Notes under the pieces: model-generated
What the model was told of the DNA's origin: nothing
The model's input: only the letters and a program-made list of their open reading frames with translations
The model's database searches: none
Shown here: one piece after another, positions 50,036 to 63,106 of the stretch
Layout of the letters: each line of letters begins with the position of its first letter
Numbering within the stretch: position 1 is the stretch's first letter
Made by a program: the position numbers and the translations under genes
Assembly: GCA_010405405.1 (NCBI GenBank)
Contig: MU004239.1
Span: 558,001 to 622,000 of the forward strand
DNA: 64,000 bases
Reading direction: 5' to 3'
From: Microthyrium microscopicum
Lineage: Eukaryota

Positions 50036-51827
50036 GATCTCCTAAGAAAAGTAAGTATGTTTTCATCATAGTGTGTACATTATCATAAAAATCAGGAACC
50101 ATATCCCATGCTTCTTCATTCAAGATATTATCAAGGTAACGGAAGTGAATCGACTGCGAACTTACGGGGGAACCTGCTACAAATCGAACTGTCGGAACGC
50201 GAAACATATGATTTCGAAAACTATGCGAGTGGTTGAAATTGACTCAAATCGAATTTGTTAGATCTAAATTGTCAGAATGGTTCGGTTTAACTCGCCTTTT
50301 GGGCCTGGTCGTTGCCTTGTATACCCCCTACACAAGTCTTGTTAGAAAATCGAAAAGTACCTTACCGGTGACCACAGATATTCCTGGTGAATTCCTCCGA
50401 AAGTTCCAATATCGGTTCGTTAGGCCTATGTCTCAGTATTGCAATCGAGGAACGAGGGGACGAAATCGATAATAGGGGCTTCTAAAGCTTGTGTTAGCAA
50501 AATCTGTTAGAACTCAGGCCTGCACTCACCCTTGTTTTCGATAGAATATTGGTAGCAATCCCAGGTAATCGGAATTCTCATGGGGTTTTTCCAGTGTCCT
50601 AAGAGGCCAAAGCCCGTCTTTCTGTGGAAAAACCTCAGGGTACCGAATGCCCTCCCTGTCCAACACCGCTGCTCGCTTTCTGTATACCTCGAGGGTTTTC
50701 CGTGCTGCTCAAATGCGTCAACTGCGTATCGTAGATGTTAGTAGCTCCAAGATCGTGGCTCAGGCTCTCAAAAGCCGATGGTATGGAGTAATGGTTCGTG
50801 TTTTGGTTAAAAGTTTAAATTTCGATACTATTTTCGAGTACATCGTGTAGTCCCCAGGATCATATACAATCCAACAGCACTGCTAATCCTATTTCCGGCT
50901 CGTGTTTACATGTTCACGGTGCCCTTTAGTGTCTCCAGGGCAATCGGTTCACGGCAGTCGGCCATCTTACTCCATGAGCAAGTGATCTTAATTAGTATAT
51001 TCCTTCTTGTAGAAGCATAGTGGTAATCCATCGCATTATTGTCGCCGTCGACGCCTCCATCACATTCATACGGTGCCAACGCATCCAATGTGAATATGGA
51101 ATGACCATGTTGAACCCATGCTCTTGTAGTACTTCGTTCGAGTCTTGTCAGGATGTCGAGAGATCGCGCCCAGGGCCCATGTCTTCTGCAAGGCTTTGCT
51201 CGGCACGAGAGTGATCTCTAGGGACGATTGCCGGGGCTGTAACTGGGGACAGGACGAGGGAGAGCGAAAGGTTTGTTGTTGTTTTGGCAAGGTGCGAGGT
51301 TTGCCTGCTGGGAAACCTGGCTCTTAATATGCGGCACCCTGCCCATTATAACGCGACCCCTAACGCGTCTCGCGTCCTCTTTTTATATCCACCATTTCTA
51401 TCACGCGTTACACGCCATAGATATCGAAATCCTGAAGACGAAGAAAAGAAATGATCAATTGATCTTGTCCGATCCGAACCTGTGGGCTCAGGTTCTTGCC
51501 GACGCAAGACCTTTATGATGTTGTGTTAGTACTATTGACGATGAGTTAACCATCTTAGGGAAAGCGGACGCTCAACACCGTTCGTGCTACTGAATATGAA
51601 GGATACTACATTTGCAGGAATGAGCACGAAAAATGGTAAAGTACGTAGTAGCTTGCATTGATCATGAGAGCAGATCTATGATGTCAGATCTCCGCAATAG
51701 TTTGGTACCTCCTTTCTTAGTTCCTTGACTTCCTTCAGCTTTACTTCCACAGCACCATGCTCCAACTTCATCTCTCTTCTCTTCTACACAGCACTTCATC
51801 CATCAGTTATAACTTATACACAGCAAA

Positions 51828-52751
51828 ATGCAGCAATATCATCCTCAGTACAATCAGCCACGAGATAGATCCCTCTCTCCTATTCCCAGGCCCAAAGACT
51901 TTACCTTGGATGACAACCTTCCGGTCCTGAATCCACGGGTCCGCAGAGCACCAGTTGCCAATCTCGGTGCTTTGGAATCTCTGCCTCTTGAGCTCCTCCA
52001 GATCGTCTTTACACCATTGGATCTTCACTCTTTGTCAAGTTTCCGACGTGTAAATCGACGTGCCCTTCATATGATCGAAGCGCTACCTGACTACCATGCG
52101 ATCAAGATATACGCACTCAGCGCTCTTCGTGGAATTGCAATGCTCGGCCTTGACTCAACTATAACTCTCAGCACATTGTATCAAAAGCTATGCACTGCTA
52201 AATGTGAAGAATGTGGCGACTTTGCGGGTTACCTCTATCTTCTCACTTGCAAGCGTGTGTGTTTTCTCTGTTTCTCCCGCAATGAGAAATATCTACCATT
52301 GCTCAAGAGCCACGCAGTTCGAAAGTTTGGCATCACCAACAAGATGATCAACTCACTGCCGCATTTTAAGAGTGTTCCTGGCAGATACTCGACAAGAGGA
52401 CTCAAAGTCGCCAAGCCGATCACTTTGGTCGACTATGAATCAGCCTATCAAGCTGGCTTGGCGCACCTTGGAGACTCTCGCTTGAAGTCTCACATGCGGC
52501 ACGCAGCGATACATGAAGACCCTACTCGCGATCTTGGAGATAGCAACCCAAACCGATTCATGGCAATCTCACGTACCCCATGGTACAACGCAGTCCTTGA
52601 GAAAGTAGATCCCGGTTTTCACTGCGTTGGATGTGAGAGTATGGACAACGACCGTCCATTTCACTGGAGGGTCAAGTACGATGACAAATTGTTCAATGAA
52701 CATACAAGGGCTTTTGGCAAGATTCGGAAGGGAAACCATTGGCCGGAATAA
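51828..52751 (+). CDS. Fungal F-box domain protein with Cys-rich region (307 aa)
   Basis: F-box-like LGALESLPLELLQIVF..LDLHSLSSFRRVNRRA, then CEECGDFAGYLYLLTCKRVCFLC and C-terminal GFHCVGC. Single exon. Confidence 0.85.
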   Translation: MQQYHPQYNQPRDRSLSPIPRPKDFTLDDNLPVLNPRVRRAPVANLGALESLPLELLQIVFTPLDLHSLSSFRRVNRRALHMIEALPDYHAIKIYALSALRGIAMLGLDSTITLSTLYQKLCTAKCEECGDFAGYLYLLTCKRVCFLCFSRNEKYLPLLKSHAVRKFGITNKMINSLPHFKSVPGRYSTRGLKVAKPITLVDYESAYQAGLAHLGDSRLKSHMRHAAIHEDPTRDLGDSNPNRFMAISRTPWYNAVLEKVDPGFHCVGCESMDNDRPFHWRVKYDDKLFNEHTRAFGKIRKGNHWPE

Positions 52752-53474
52752 CCGAACGGAGGTCTCGCGCCTAGTTTTGATATGAGATCTACTCTATTGT
52801 ACGCGACAAACATCAGAATGCAGGTCTTGAAGTGGCTTCAATGATCAACGAGCAGATTAAATGCTCACGAAGACGTTCTCAAGGCCTACTCTAGACTGAG
52901 ACTATACATTATAAATCAAAAGTTTTGTTGTCATATCTCGTAAGTTTAGCAATTTCAAGCAGCTTAGGCCTACGAAAAACCCGGACATTGCTCGTAGTCC
53001 AGGCTTTTAGCTTACTACTCCCTCTGGTAGCGATTAATAATTTCAGTTGCTCTGCTAGTTCCATGCTTCTTAAATACACTGTTACTGTTTCTGACACTAC
53101 ATGGCTAGACCTTCGTTCTCGGTAAGTTTTTGCAGATATGATTATAAGCTGGTGTTCCCTTCCCAGCTTCATTGCCACAGGATTTCATCAGAGTACTTGC
53201 AGATTCTACACTCCATTCCTGATAAAAAGTTGATGCTGCTCATTCCAATTGATTTTATGCTTCTCATCCCGGAACTGACTTATGTGCAAGACGCCCCAAA
53301 TCCCGCGTACATGCATTAGTCCTGATCCTACATGTACGACATGTACGAACCCGCAAAGGGAAACCTGAGAGCATGAAAGATCCTCTTACTTCATATCCCT
53401 CTCAGCGTACAAGATAGGACATCGATACGCTGCATTTCTGTACTTTTGATCGCAGCACTACCAATTTCACAGCT

Positions 53475-55164
53475 ATGGATCTAGATATTACGGCCCCTGG
53501 ATGGGCAATAGTTTTCGTGATCAGTACATTCTGGTTACTAGCAGGCTCTATTTATCGTCTCTTCTTGCACCCTCTGGCCAAATTTCCAGGGCCTAAGATT
53601 GCTGCTCTAACAACATGGTACGAAAGCTACTACGATGCCGTTCGGTACAAAGGACGCTTCACTTTCCAACTCGAAGATCTGCACAAGAAATATGGTACGT
53701 AGTCACAGACCATAAGTTCCATCCAACGATAATCAGCCGCCAAGTCTAACTCATCAAAGGACCGATCGTCCGCATTGGCCCAAATGAAGTCCACATCAAA
53801 GACCCAGATTACTATCCCAAGATTTACAATATGAACAACAGACTTGACAAGTACGAATTCTACTACGGTATGCTTGGCTCACCCGAGACCTCATTTCAAG
53901 CAAGCAGTCACGAGCTCCACAAAGTCCGCCGCTCTGCTATGAATCCTTTTTTCTCAACCACTGCCGTCAACAAGTTCCAGCACAAGATCCACGAAGCCAC
54001 AGATCGTTTGACGTAACGCATGCAGAAGTGCATTGAGAGTGACCAGCCCATTCCCATATTCTTTGCATTCCGCTGCGTTACTGTCGACATCATCTTTGAA
54101 TACATGTTTGGGCGAAACCCGTATCTCATCGATCGCGAAGACTGGGGTCAGGGATTCTACGATTTCTGGCGTAGTTTGTGGGAGATATCACCATGGCTTC
54201 GTCAGTTTCCGTCTATGCTAAAAGTGCTGCAATCAATTCCAAGATGGGTACTTGCAGTGACTAGTCCGAAGGCGCTGCAAGTCATGGACATGGAAACACA
54301 AGCTATAAACTGGACCAAAGAGATACTCAGTGCAGATCCCAAGGAAATGGAGACGCGAGAGCATAAGACAGTGATCTGGGAATTGGCACATACTTCCTCG
54401 CTGCCACCAAAGGAGAGAGAGCCGAGGCGTTTGGCTATCGATTGCAATAGTACCGTGGCGGCTGGATTTGAGACGACGGGTAGTGCGCTGAGCCATCTGA
54501 TCTTTGGGGTTTTGAATAATGAGCGGATCCATCAGAAGTTGCTTGACGAGCTACAATTTGAGATCCTAGATCCAGAGAAGATACCAAGCTATCAAGAGCT
54601 ACAGGAACTACCATATTTCCATGCGGTCATCAGGGAAGGTATTCGGTAAGCCAACATACAACCTATCAATCCAATAGTAATCTCGCTGACCTCTTTTAGA
54701 CACAGCATTGGAGCTATGGGACGACAATCTCGAGTAAATCCAAAAGCAGCAATGTCCTACAAAGGCTGGATCATACCCGCCGGTGTAAGTAATGCATCCA
54801 AGTGCCTTTCAAAATCATCACTGATCCACCATAGTTTGCATTCGGCATGTCCGCATACTACATCCTCATGGATCCCGAAATTTACTCCAAGCCACACGAC
54901 TTCAATCCTGAACGATGGCTAGCTCCTGACGCCCACGAAAAACTCCATCCGTACTTCTATCCCTTTGGCAAAGGCACTCGTTCGTATGTAGGCCAGAACC
55001 TTGCGCTAGCTGAACTACACATAGCATTTGCTACTATCATGCGGCGATTTCCAAGTTTGAAGCTGTATAACACAACGAAGGACGATGTTGAGATTCGACA
55101 TGATTTTTTCGCTGGTATGTGGAAGTATGAAAAAGGAGACATGGGGCTGCAGGTCAAAGGATGA
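53475..55164 (+). pseudogene. Cytochrome P450 (trichodiene oxygenase/CYP58-like) with premature stop and heme Cys-to-Tyr change
   Basis: [32 protein letters not shown], ExxR (EGIR), PERW and FGKGTRSYVG. Introns 53695-53759, 54646-54699 and 54785-54834 give 507 codons. In-frame TAA at 54014-54016 and TAT at 54985-54987 where the heme-ligand Cys should be. Confidence 0.85.
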
Positions 55165-56177
55165 CGTTGATTCTATAGGAGAGATCTCGTCATCTGAAAG
55201 GTGATGACGAGCACTGTAGCGAGCTTGAGATAGGTTGTTAGAACATATCGTTTTGACAATTCCCTTGAGCTTTTCAGACTTATCGCTGAAGCACTTGTAA
55301 ACGACATTTAGCGTAGTAGAAAGCATGATAATTGACCTTCTCGAAGAGTAGAAGTAAACTCGGTCATTATGCCATCTTCCGAAGTCACTAGCATGGACAT
55401 TGTAATCATCGCCTCAGATATCTGTTATGTTTGATTCGTAGGTGTTTGCTGTCCTATAATTGTCAATGGAAGGTAGTAACTTCAAAGTCACATACTGGAT
55501 TGAGAAGCCGCCAAATTCAACAACAACCAGACGGAACGGGTATTGTCAATCAAAAAGGATGTTTATTATCACGTCCAATATTGTCTTCCATCCTTTATTT
55601 ATTTTAAATCAAGTTATAAAGTACACAAGTCCTGGAGGCGAGATGAAGCTAACCGAAAGGAGGATAGCTGCTGTTTCTGGGTGGCCCTCGATGATAATGA
55701 GAGAACCACGACTACAGATCGAAAGTAGAACTCGATAAATAGACTGATAGTGATATTAATATCGAGTGGGCATTACAGCAGTAAAGAAGGCACAAGATTG
55801 GTCGGTGTTAGGGCCATGTTCTTTTTTTAAATCCAGGGTCCCAGATTTGGAGTTGCATTTTGACTTTTTGACACCCCAATGGTCTCACCACTCAACTTCA
55901 ACTTCCATGTACGCCTCATTATCGCCATCTTGGCCACTCTTTCACTGTCTCGTCGAACTATATGGCTGTTCTATAAGTATGCATTAAATGACGGTTTGAT
56001 GCCCATCTCTTTTCTTTGATGCTTGTATCCACATAAACGTCCAGCGTCGATCCATACGCGAGTCAATCAAATCCTCGGTATTTTCAGAGTGCAACTTATA
56101 TTGTATTTCTATTTTATGCCGCTCCCACAGCTGGTACCGGATCCTACTTTTGGCCCCCTCTCCCAAACACTGTCGCA

Positions 56178-57602
56178 ATGTATCTCTCATCGCATATGCG
56201 AGCTTCCATTGAAGCCCGCAATCGACAATCGCGAGGCTCCTCTGAAGCAACATCGACCCCTTCTCCACCGCGAGAGCCACTTCTACATCAAGATAACCAA
56301 GCGCCATCCATTCCTACCGAAGACAGTCCAGCTGACGAAGTAATCACTGTATCTTCTCAGTCAGTGAGCCCTGTTTCAAACTCACCTGCGATGGCTTCCT
56401 TCACTCCGGCAAATTCCACATCAACCACCGCCATCGTACACCCAGCAACATTTACATTTAATGCAACGAAAGTTCCAACAGCTACAGCTACAACATCATT
56501 CATGCCACCGAGCGTCCCATCTCCCATCTTGACAGCATCCTCCGCACCCCTCTCATCATTTACCCCCGCCAACCGCCCAGCAAAACTCCCGCCCATAATC
56601 TACGATCCACCCGACCCAACACCAACTCCATATCTCACAACAAGCACCCGCCCACCGCAATCTCCCGTTCCTCTCCCAGAGCCCGCACAAGCGCCTCAAA
56701 TCTTCACGTCTAACGCAATGTTCGCTACCCGCCAAACTCCCGCGCAGACACAAACTCCTCAAGAATCCTCTGCGACTCGTAAGCGTGGCAGAAACCGCAC
56801 CGCAATTGAACCCCGTATGTGCCGTGCCTGCGGCATCACATACCGGTACCGCAGACCACACTTGCAAAAATACCATGCGGAGGAGCTTGCGAGGGGAGAA
56901 CACGTTGGCTCAGAGGATGGTGTTGATGGGGACTACAATGAAGATGAGGAGGAAGGATATGATGATAGCCATGTAAACCTTAACTCACATGCCGGGACGC
57001 CGGTGAAGTGGACGGCTCCAAGCACCAGAGGTCCCATGAGACGATCGATGGGCGGCGTGCCGAGTGGCAGATTCTGCAACGTATGTGGTGTTGTGGTAGA
57101 GGATATGGCAGAACATCAGCGCGCACGACATGGCGAGTCGACGGGATTTAAGGCTGTGAATGCGCCGGTCGAAGCACCGAAAATGGTGGCGTATGAGACT
57201 AGTCCTGTATTCGCTGCATATGCGCAGCGGGATCAGGATGATGATGATATGAAGACAACATCGACGGAGGTGAAAGCGGAGGTCGTCGAGGAGCCATGGG
57301 AGAAGCTCCTGCGTGCCATCAAAACGGAGACATATCTCGACGCTTCCGAGCGGCGGACGTTGATCTACGAACTATTTTCGGAGCAGATCAAGCGCTTGCC
57401 AGCTGCGAGTAGTCCGATCCCACGCAGTCATCCGGACTATGGGACGGGAGTGACGCCGCAGTTGACGAGTAGTACGAGTGTGGACCGCGATGAGGAAAGC
57501 GTGGTGGTGACGCCGTTGCAGGCGAGTAAAGAGATGGGCGGTGGCGATGGTGGGATGAGGGAGAATGGATTTGCGGTTATGCCACATAATGGTGGTGCGT
57601 AA
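56178..57602 (+). CDS. Pro/Ser/Thr-rich protein with two separated C2H2-type zinc fingers
   Basis: 474-codon ORF with CRACGITYRYRRPHLQKYH and CNVCGVVVEDMAEHQRARH, and a basic RKRGR segment. The 5' end is uncertain because a possible acceptor (CCCACAG) lies at ~56130. Confidence 0.7.
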   Translation: MYLSSHMRASIEARNRQSRGSSEATSTPSPPREPLLHQDNQAPSIPTEDSPADEVITVSSQSVSPVSNSPAMASFTPANSTSTTAIVHPATFTFNATKVPTATATTSFMPPSVPSPILTASSAPLSSFTPANRPAKLPPIIYDPPDPTPTPYLTTSTRPPQSPVPLPEPAQAPQIFTSNAMFATRQTPAQTQTPQESSATRKRGRNRTAIEPRMCRACGITYRYRRPHLQKYHAEELARGEHVGSEDGVDGDYNEDEEEGYDDSHVNLNSHAGTPVKWTAPSTRGPMRRSMGGVPSGRFCNVCGVVVEDMAEHQRARHGESTGFKAVNAPVEAPKMVAYETSPVFAAYAQRDQDDDDMKTTSTEVKAEVVEEPWEKLLRAIKTETYLDASERRTLIYELFSEQIKRLPAASSPIPRSHPDYGTGVTPQLTSSTSVDRDEESVVVTPLQASKEMGGGDGGMRENGFAVMPHNGGA

Positions 57603-60063
57603 AGTGGTGATTGCGAAATGATTGGATGTTATCTTGTTGATCTCGTTTGCTGTTATGTCTTGTATGAATTTGAAGGATATTATGATACCCATGGCGAAAT
57701 ATTAGGGATATGGCTATGTATATTTAAGTAGGCTGCGATGCTGCTTTGACTAGAATACAATTACAGTTCACTACTTTTACTAAAAGGCACACAGTACTCG
57801 GTCCTCGATTATAATTTATCGTGGAAGAGGTGACAAATGGTTTTGGAAGGCAAAGCCTCAGGATACTTGTATCAAATAACCGCGAAATATATGGCTCCTC
57901 ACCCGGTATGGGGAAACCTATAACATAGTGCAAATAGACTCGACAATATGATCAAGAGAACCCCTTTTCAAGCTCATTCCAAGTGGTTCGAAAAGCCCAA
58001 ATTTCATCAACCTGGCCATCACAGAATTCAACCTCACATGCGGTAATATAAGGCTGACAATCGTGACTTTTATCGATTCCTTACCTGTAAGGCTGTGACT
58101 GGCTGGACCGGATTTTCAACACTCGTGCTTGGCAAAAGAGCTTGCTTCAGATTAGGTTGACAGGTTAAGGAGCGATTGCTTCTTCTGGAGAGGGATGCTA
58201 GCTGGAGATCGCAATATGGCCTGATATCAAGCAATAACAGGGGCGAGCAAAGTTCTGATGATGTGGTCTAGATCGTTGACAGTGTTTGGTGTCATTTATG
58301 ACGGTGAAGTAGTTGTATAGGGATTGGTTGACGAAGATGTAATCAATGGAATGAATAGTCTTGTGATTTTTATAATCGTTTGATTTCTTGGGCCTCTGGA
58401 CTTACAGAGTGGTACTCTCAAGCGTCGAGGACTGGAGGTTGCCAATGTGCCATCTTGATGTCGAGGTTGTCAATGACACTGACAACATGGTCTTTTGTTT
58501 TTATGTGTTGACTAGTACAGTACTACCTAGTACTACGCAATGTTGAAACACATCAAACAAAGTTTAAAAGCGCGTAGAAATCAGACGCGACCAGAGGTTT
58601 TGTGAAGTTGAAGTGATGTGAATAATGGCGACTTGAAACGTCTCATGCTTCTTGTCGGCTTTTGGTGCGATTCTTTTGCCTCTCAGCTCCATTTTCTGCA
58701 ATGCTTGTTGAATTCAATTGCTACCAGTCTGTGAGTCTGTAGCGTCAAAATTCAGCTCACATTGCATATCCATCTCCTCATCGTGGAATTGATTAACGAC
58801 CAAACATCCTCCACAAGCTTCGCAGCTCTTTTGCTTGTGCCTCTTGGACTTGGGAACCCTTATTACTGAGCCATTACCATCACATGTGGCTCGTGGACCA
58901 TTCTGATTGATTGATTGACCGATTGTCTAGTATCGCGAGGGTTGCCCAATTAATCATTTGATGTGCTGTAATTGACAATTCCGAGAAAATCCGCCTACCT
59001 GGAATCGGTCTGGCTTCAAAGCAGCAACTTGGGACCTGCATCAGCACTACTCTATTGCAATCCCACCACTTATTCGTCTCTTGTTAATTGTTACACTTCA
59101 ACATCATCACCGCTCGCCTTGACAGCAACGGTCTTCAGTGGTGCCCTGCTTCATTGCGTTTTGTAACGGAAAAGTCCGATCAACACCATCCGCAGCAATC
59201 TATCAATACGCCGGAGCCACCTTTGGGTCCCAAATATATCTTGCAGATCTCCTGGTTTCGGTCGTTGATGCTCCCACTCTACCCATTTATTGGGTTCATT
59301 CTGTACAATTTGGCCCTGCTGCAACAATTTATTCCTCCAATCCCCTTGGCGTCCTTTATCGTTGCAAATTGCCACAAGCTTCTGCTGCTTCATCTTGCCT
59401 GTCACGTCTCCAGTTCCCCCATCTTCAACTACTCAGACGGGGTTGCATATCCTCTACAAGCTTTCGTCTGGTCGCTGGCACGCTCGTGCTCCATCGTCCC
59501 ACGTGTAGCATTTGTCCGGGCCAGACCTCTGTCAAGTGTCAACCCTCATACAGTGCTACTCCAGGTCATACGCAGACGTTGTCCTCTCCCAGAATCTCGG
59601 TCTCGACCTGCCCCTTGTCAGAATCACTATACACGTCCCCAACAATAACCACCAACTGCAATTACCCTTTGCAGTGATTCGCTCTCTATTGGCTTTCTGC
59701 CCTGTCGCATCGGTACCTCCATTCATCGCTGGTCTTCTCGGACGCTTCGAGCCTTGGACTCGATCTGCATCTGACCGCGAACCTGGTCGAGCCCGCTTGT
59801 ATTCCCCCTCTAACCCGAGCCAACCTAGCCCTGGACTGGACACACCTCAACCACTCCCGCGCTGGGCCTCGAACCACCTCCATCGCACCCAACTCCCCCA
59901 TTTCCCCCTTTACAACGCTAAGTCATCTCTTGCAGCTTCTTACACCATCGTCATCGGTATCGACCTCTTCCATATGATGCCGCCGCGGCAGTAGATTGCT
60001 TTTCGTTCACGCCTTCACTCACACCGACCCCTCCCTCAACATCCGCTTCCTTCCTGCGGCGCA

Positions 60064-62467
60064 ATGCCACCACAGCCCGAGGAAGACGTCAACAGCCCTT
60101 CATCGCGATGGGGCTTCATATCGCGCATGAAGCGGCCATTTGGTCATAGGCCTCGTCATATCAACGAGTTTTACATTCAGCCCGACAATCCTTTCCGCCA
60201 ATTTCAACCGGGAGAGGTGGTGACTGGCGAAGTCATAGTCAAAGTCGCCAAACCGTTGGACATGACACATTTGGTTATCTGCCTGCACGGTTTTGCGCAA
60301 GTTTACAAGACACCGAATAATCCCGGAGTTGGATACAAGGAATACAATGCTGCACTTGTCACCGGCCGGACGAACAAGGCTGGCGGTTACTATGGAAATG
60401 GATTTGCAAGTTTATTTGAAGATGAGGCTGTACTTTGTGGGGAGGGAAGATTGAAAGAAGGATTGTTTCGATTCGGCTTTGAGTTACACTTTCCTCTCGA
60501 ACATATTCCCAGCAGCATTGACGTGGGTACATCTATGCGCAAGCAAGATCAACGCTAACAACAGACAGTTTGAGCGCGGCACAGTTTCCTATATGATTAC
60601 AGCTACCCTTACTCGCCCATCAAGAGCATCGATAATAAACCCGGTAATAACGTGCGATCCGCGAAGAGTGTCTTTCCTGGACGATATTGATATTGCACCA
60701 CTTTTACAACCAAAACCAAGAGTAGTAACACTTGAACCGATAATACGAAGACAAAGGACAAGATCGAGGAGGCAACGTCCAGATAACTCGAATGCGCCTG
60801 AACCCGCAACAACGCGACCGACCCAAGGCGATCCCACGACACAACCAGACTCGGAAACTCCAAGAAGCCCAGGTCCCAGTGAAGAAAGTTTTGACTCTGC
60901 CATCAGCAGTGGTGCACTCGCTTCAGCAACTGGCGAATCTGCTGCGCCATCACAAAGTACAAGGAATGGCAACTCTGTTAATGGAGCAGCAATAGATCCC
61001 CAGCCTGCTCCATCATCCAAACGGCCTGTAAATCGGAAACCCATCATAACCTCTGTACAATTGGGAGCTGCCGGCTATCTACGTGGAGATGTGATTGATA
61101 TGAAAATACATATCAGCCACACGAAGCCCATCAAGAGTTTGCACGGAGTCATTGCAACATTATATCGACAAGCTCGTGTAGATATGCATCCAGCATTACC
61201 TCTTATATCCGATAAAGATGACGAATTATACCCAAAATCAAGGACAGGCCTTGGCGGACTATCATTATCATCTGCTGGATCATGCCATCTCTTCCGAAAA
61301 GACCTCGATCAATCCTTTGCGTCTATAATAATTAATCCCGATACCCTCACAGCCGAGATCAAAACCACTTTACGAGTTCCTGAAGATGCATTTCCGTCAA
61401 TAACAACTGTCCCTGGCGCAATGATCTCTTTCAAATACTATGTCGAAGTTATCCTCGACATACAAGGCAAACTCATAGGCCTTGATAAATATCTACCAAC
61501 CCCAAATGTACCAAGCCTATCTTCCAACTATCGCAACACCAATGACTCCCCAGGCGCCCACGCAAACGTCTATACTGGTGTTATGTTCGACACCGAAGAT
61601 ATTCGTCGTGAACGCAACGTCGTCTCCTGCAATTTCGAGGTCATCATCGGCACTCGCGACTCTAAACGTACTGGCCGCTGGCGTGATGCGTCTTCTTCTT
61701 CTCAAACTCATGCCTCGGATTCGCTATCCACCGCCGTCCCCGATATAATTGAGCCTTTCTCCCGAGTTCCTTCTCGCTCTGGTCTCCCTCTCACCAACAT
61801 GCCCCCTATCCCAGGCGATCCATCCTCCGTCCCCTTCCGTAACCGCAGCGCCTCCCAGGACAATGGTCTCTCTCATTTGGCCGTTCCACATCGCAGCAAC
61901 ACCTTCCCACTACTGCGCCATTCAGACCCTGGCTCACCGCCGATACCCAGCTACGACTCTGTCTCACATCCACCTGCCTTTTCCATCCCAGACCTGCCTG
62001 ACGAACACGAAGACGAGAAAGCCCGCCTACGTCGTCTACTACCCAGCGAACCGCCGACAGAGGGCGGAGCATCATCATCTGGTCTAGAATATGCTCCATC
62101 CGCGCCTGGACTACCAGACCTTGTGCCTTTCAACTATCAGAACCACCATCATCACCAACAACAGCAACAACACCATTATCATCAAGAACACGCAGAGTCC
62201 TCGGCCTCCGCGCCAGCTTACCAGCCATCTGCGAATACAATGCCCACCGACGATAAAGTGGAACTAGAGCGCCAACGGCTTATGGCTCTCGCGAGTGCAC
62301 CACCGCCCACGAACGGCAGTACAGGCCCGAGCGCACCGCCAGTTGACGCACAGCGAGACGAGTCATCCACGGCGCCGAATGCGCCAGTGGTAAGAGACGA
62401 TGATGATCTATTTGGCTTTGATGGCTTGGGACTGGGAAGGGGAGATTTGCCGAGATATGAACGATGA
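60064..62467 (+). CDS. palF: pH-response arrestin PalF/Rim8 (~785 aa)
   Basis: Arrestin-N with YYGNGFASLFEDEAVLCGEGRL and SIDFERGTVSY; RQARVDMHP, YPKSRTGLGGLSLSSAGS and ISFKYYVEV; repeated SAP motifs, TDDKVELERQRL and terminal LPRYER. Intron 60523-60568. Confidence 0.93.
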
Positions 62468-63106
62468 TCTTGACATATAGAGTCAGGAGGTAATATGCTT
62501 GGGAAGATGAATTGTATATGAAGATATATGGAGAGAATGTGGAGATAATTGTGTGGATTTTGCAGCATAGCGATTGGGTTTGGATCTGGAGGAATTCTCG
62601 ATTTTGGCATAGTTTGTGACTCGACTTGATAGTCAGTCCTTGTTTGATGAATGAATGATATTCTACCTTTTTGTTGGACTTTATGGCTATGGCCTATGTG
62701 TTCTTGGAAACTCTTGACTTAGTATGACCTCAATAATAGCAGCAGATCCAAATGCGTAAGGTGGTTTCGGCCGTGGTTTCAATGCCAGTACGACTATTAA
62801 TTGAAGTGCTAGTGATTTGATAATCTTGCCTAGCTTTTATATCGTCAACAACGGAGAGTCTAGCATACTGAAGCAAATAGAATAGCAGACGCGGCCTCTG
62901 ACCTTATAGCCATATTTGACAACGACGATGATGGCCAGCCCCATATAACCCCTATGGGCGGAAAATTATATATTCAATGTGCACTGTCAACTGCCCTATT
63001 TCTAATTAATGCGGAGGTTTTATCACCAGGTACAACTAAGACAATACATAATAGCAATAGCAAAGCTCCTTTCTATAATTCCTAAAGTGTTTTCTACTCT
63101 CCCAAA

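Noticed and set aside
51828..55164. Secondary-metabolite cluster around the P450
   Set aside because: No backbone enzyme, transporter or pathway-specific regulator nearby.
58011..59350. PacC GCCARG sites upstream of palF (58011, 58128, 59345)
   Set aside because: Three hexamers in ~2.4 kb is about chance expectation, although feedback regulation is biologically plausible.
59088..59994. Overlapping 160-186 aa ORFs upstream of palF
   Set aside because: Non-ATG starts; they arise from stop-poor C/T-rich leader sequence.
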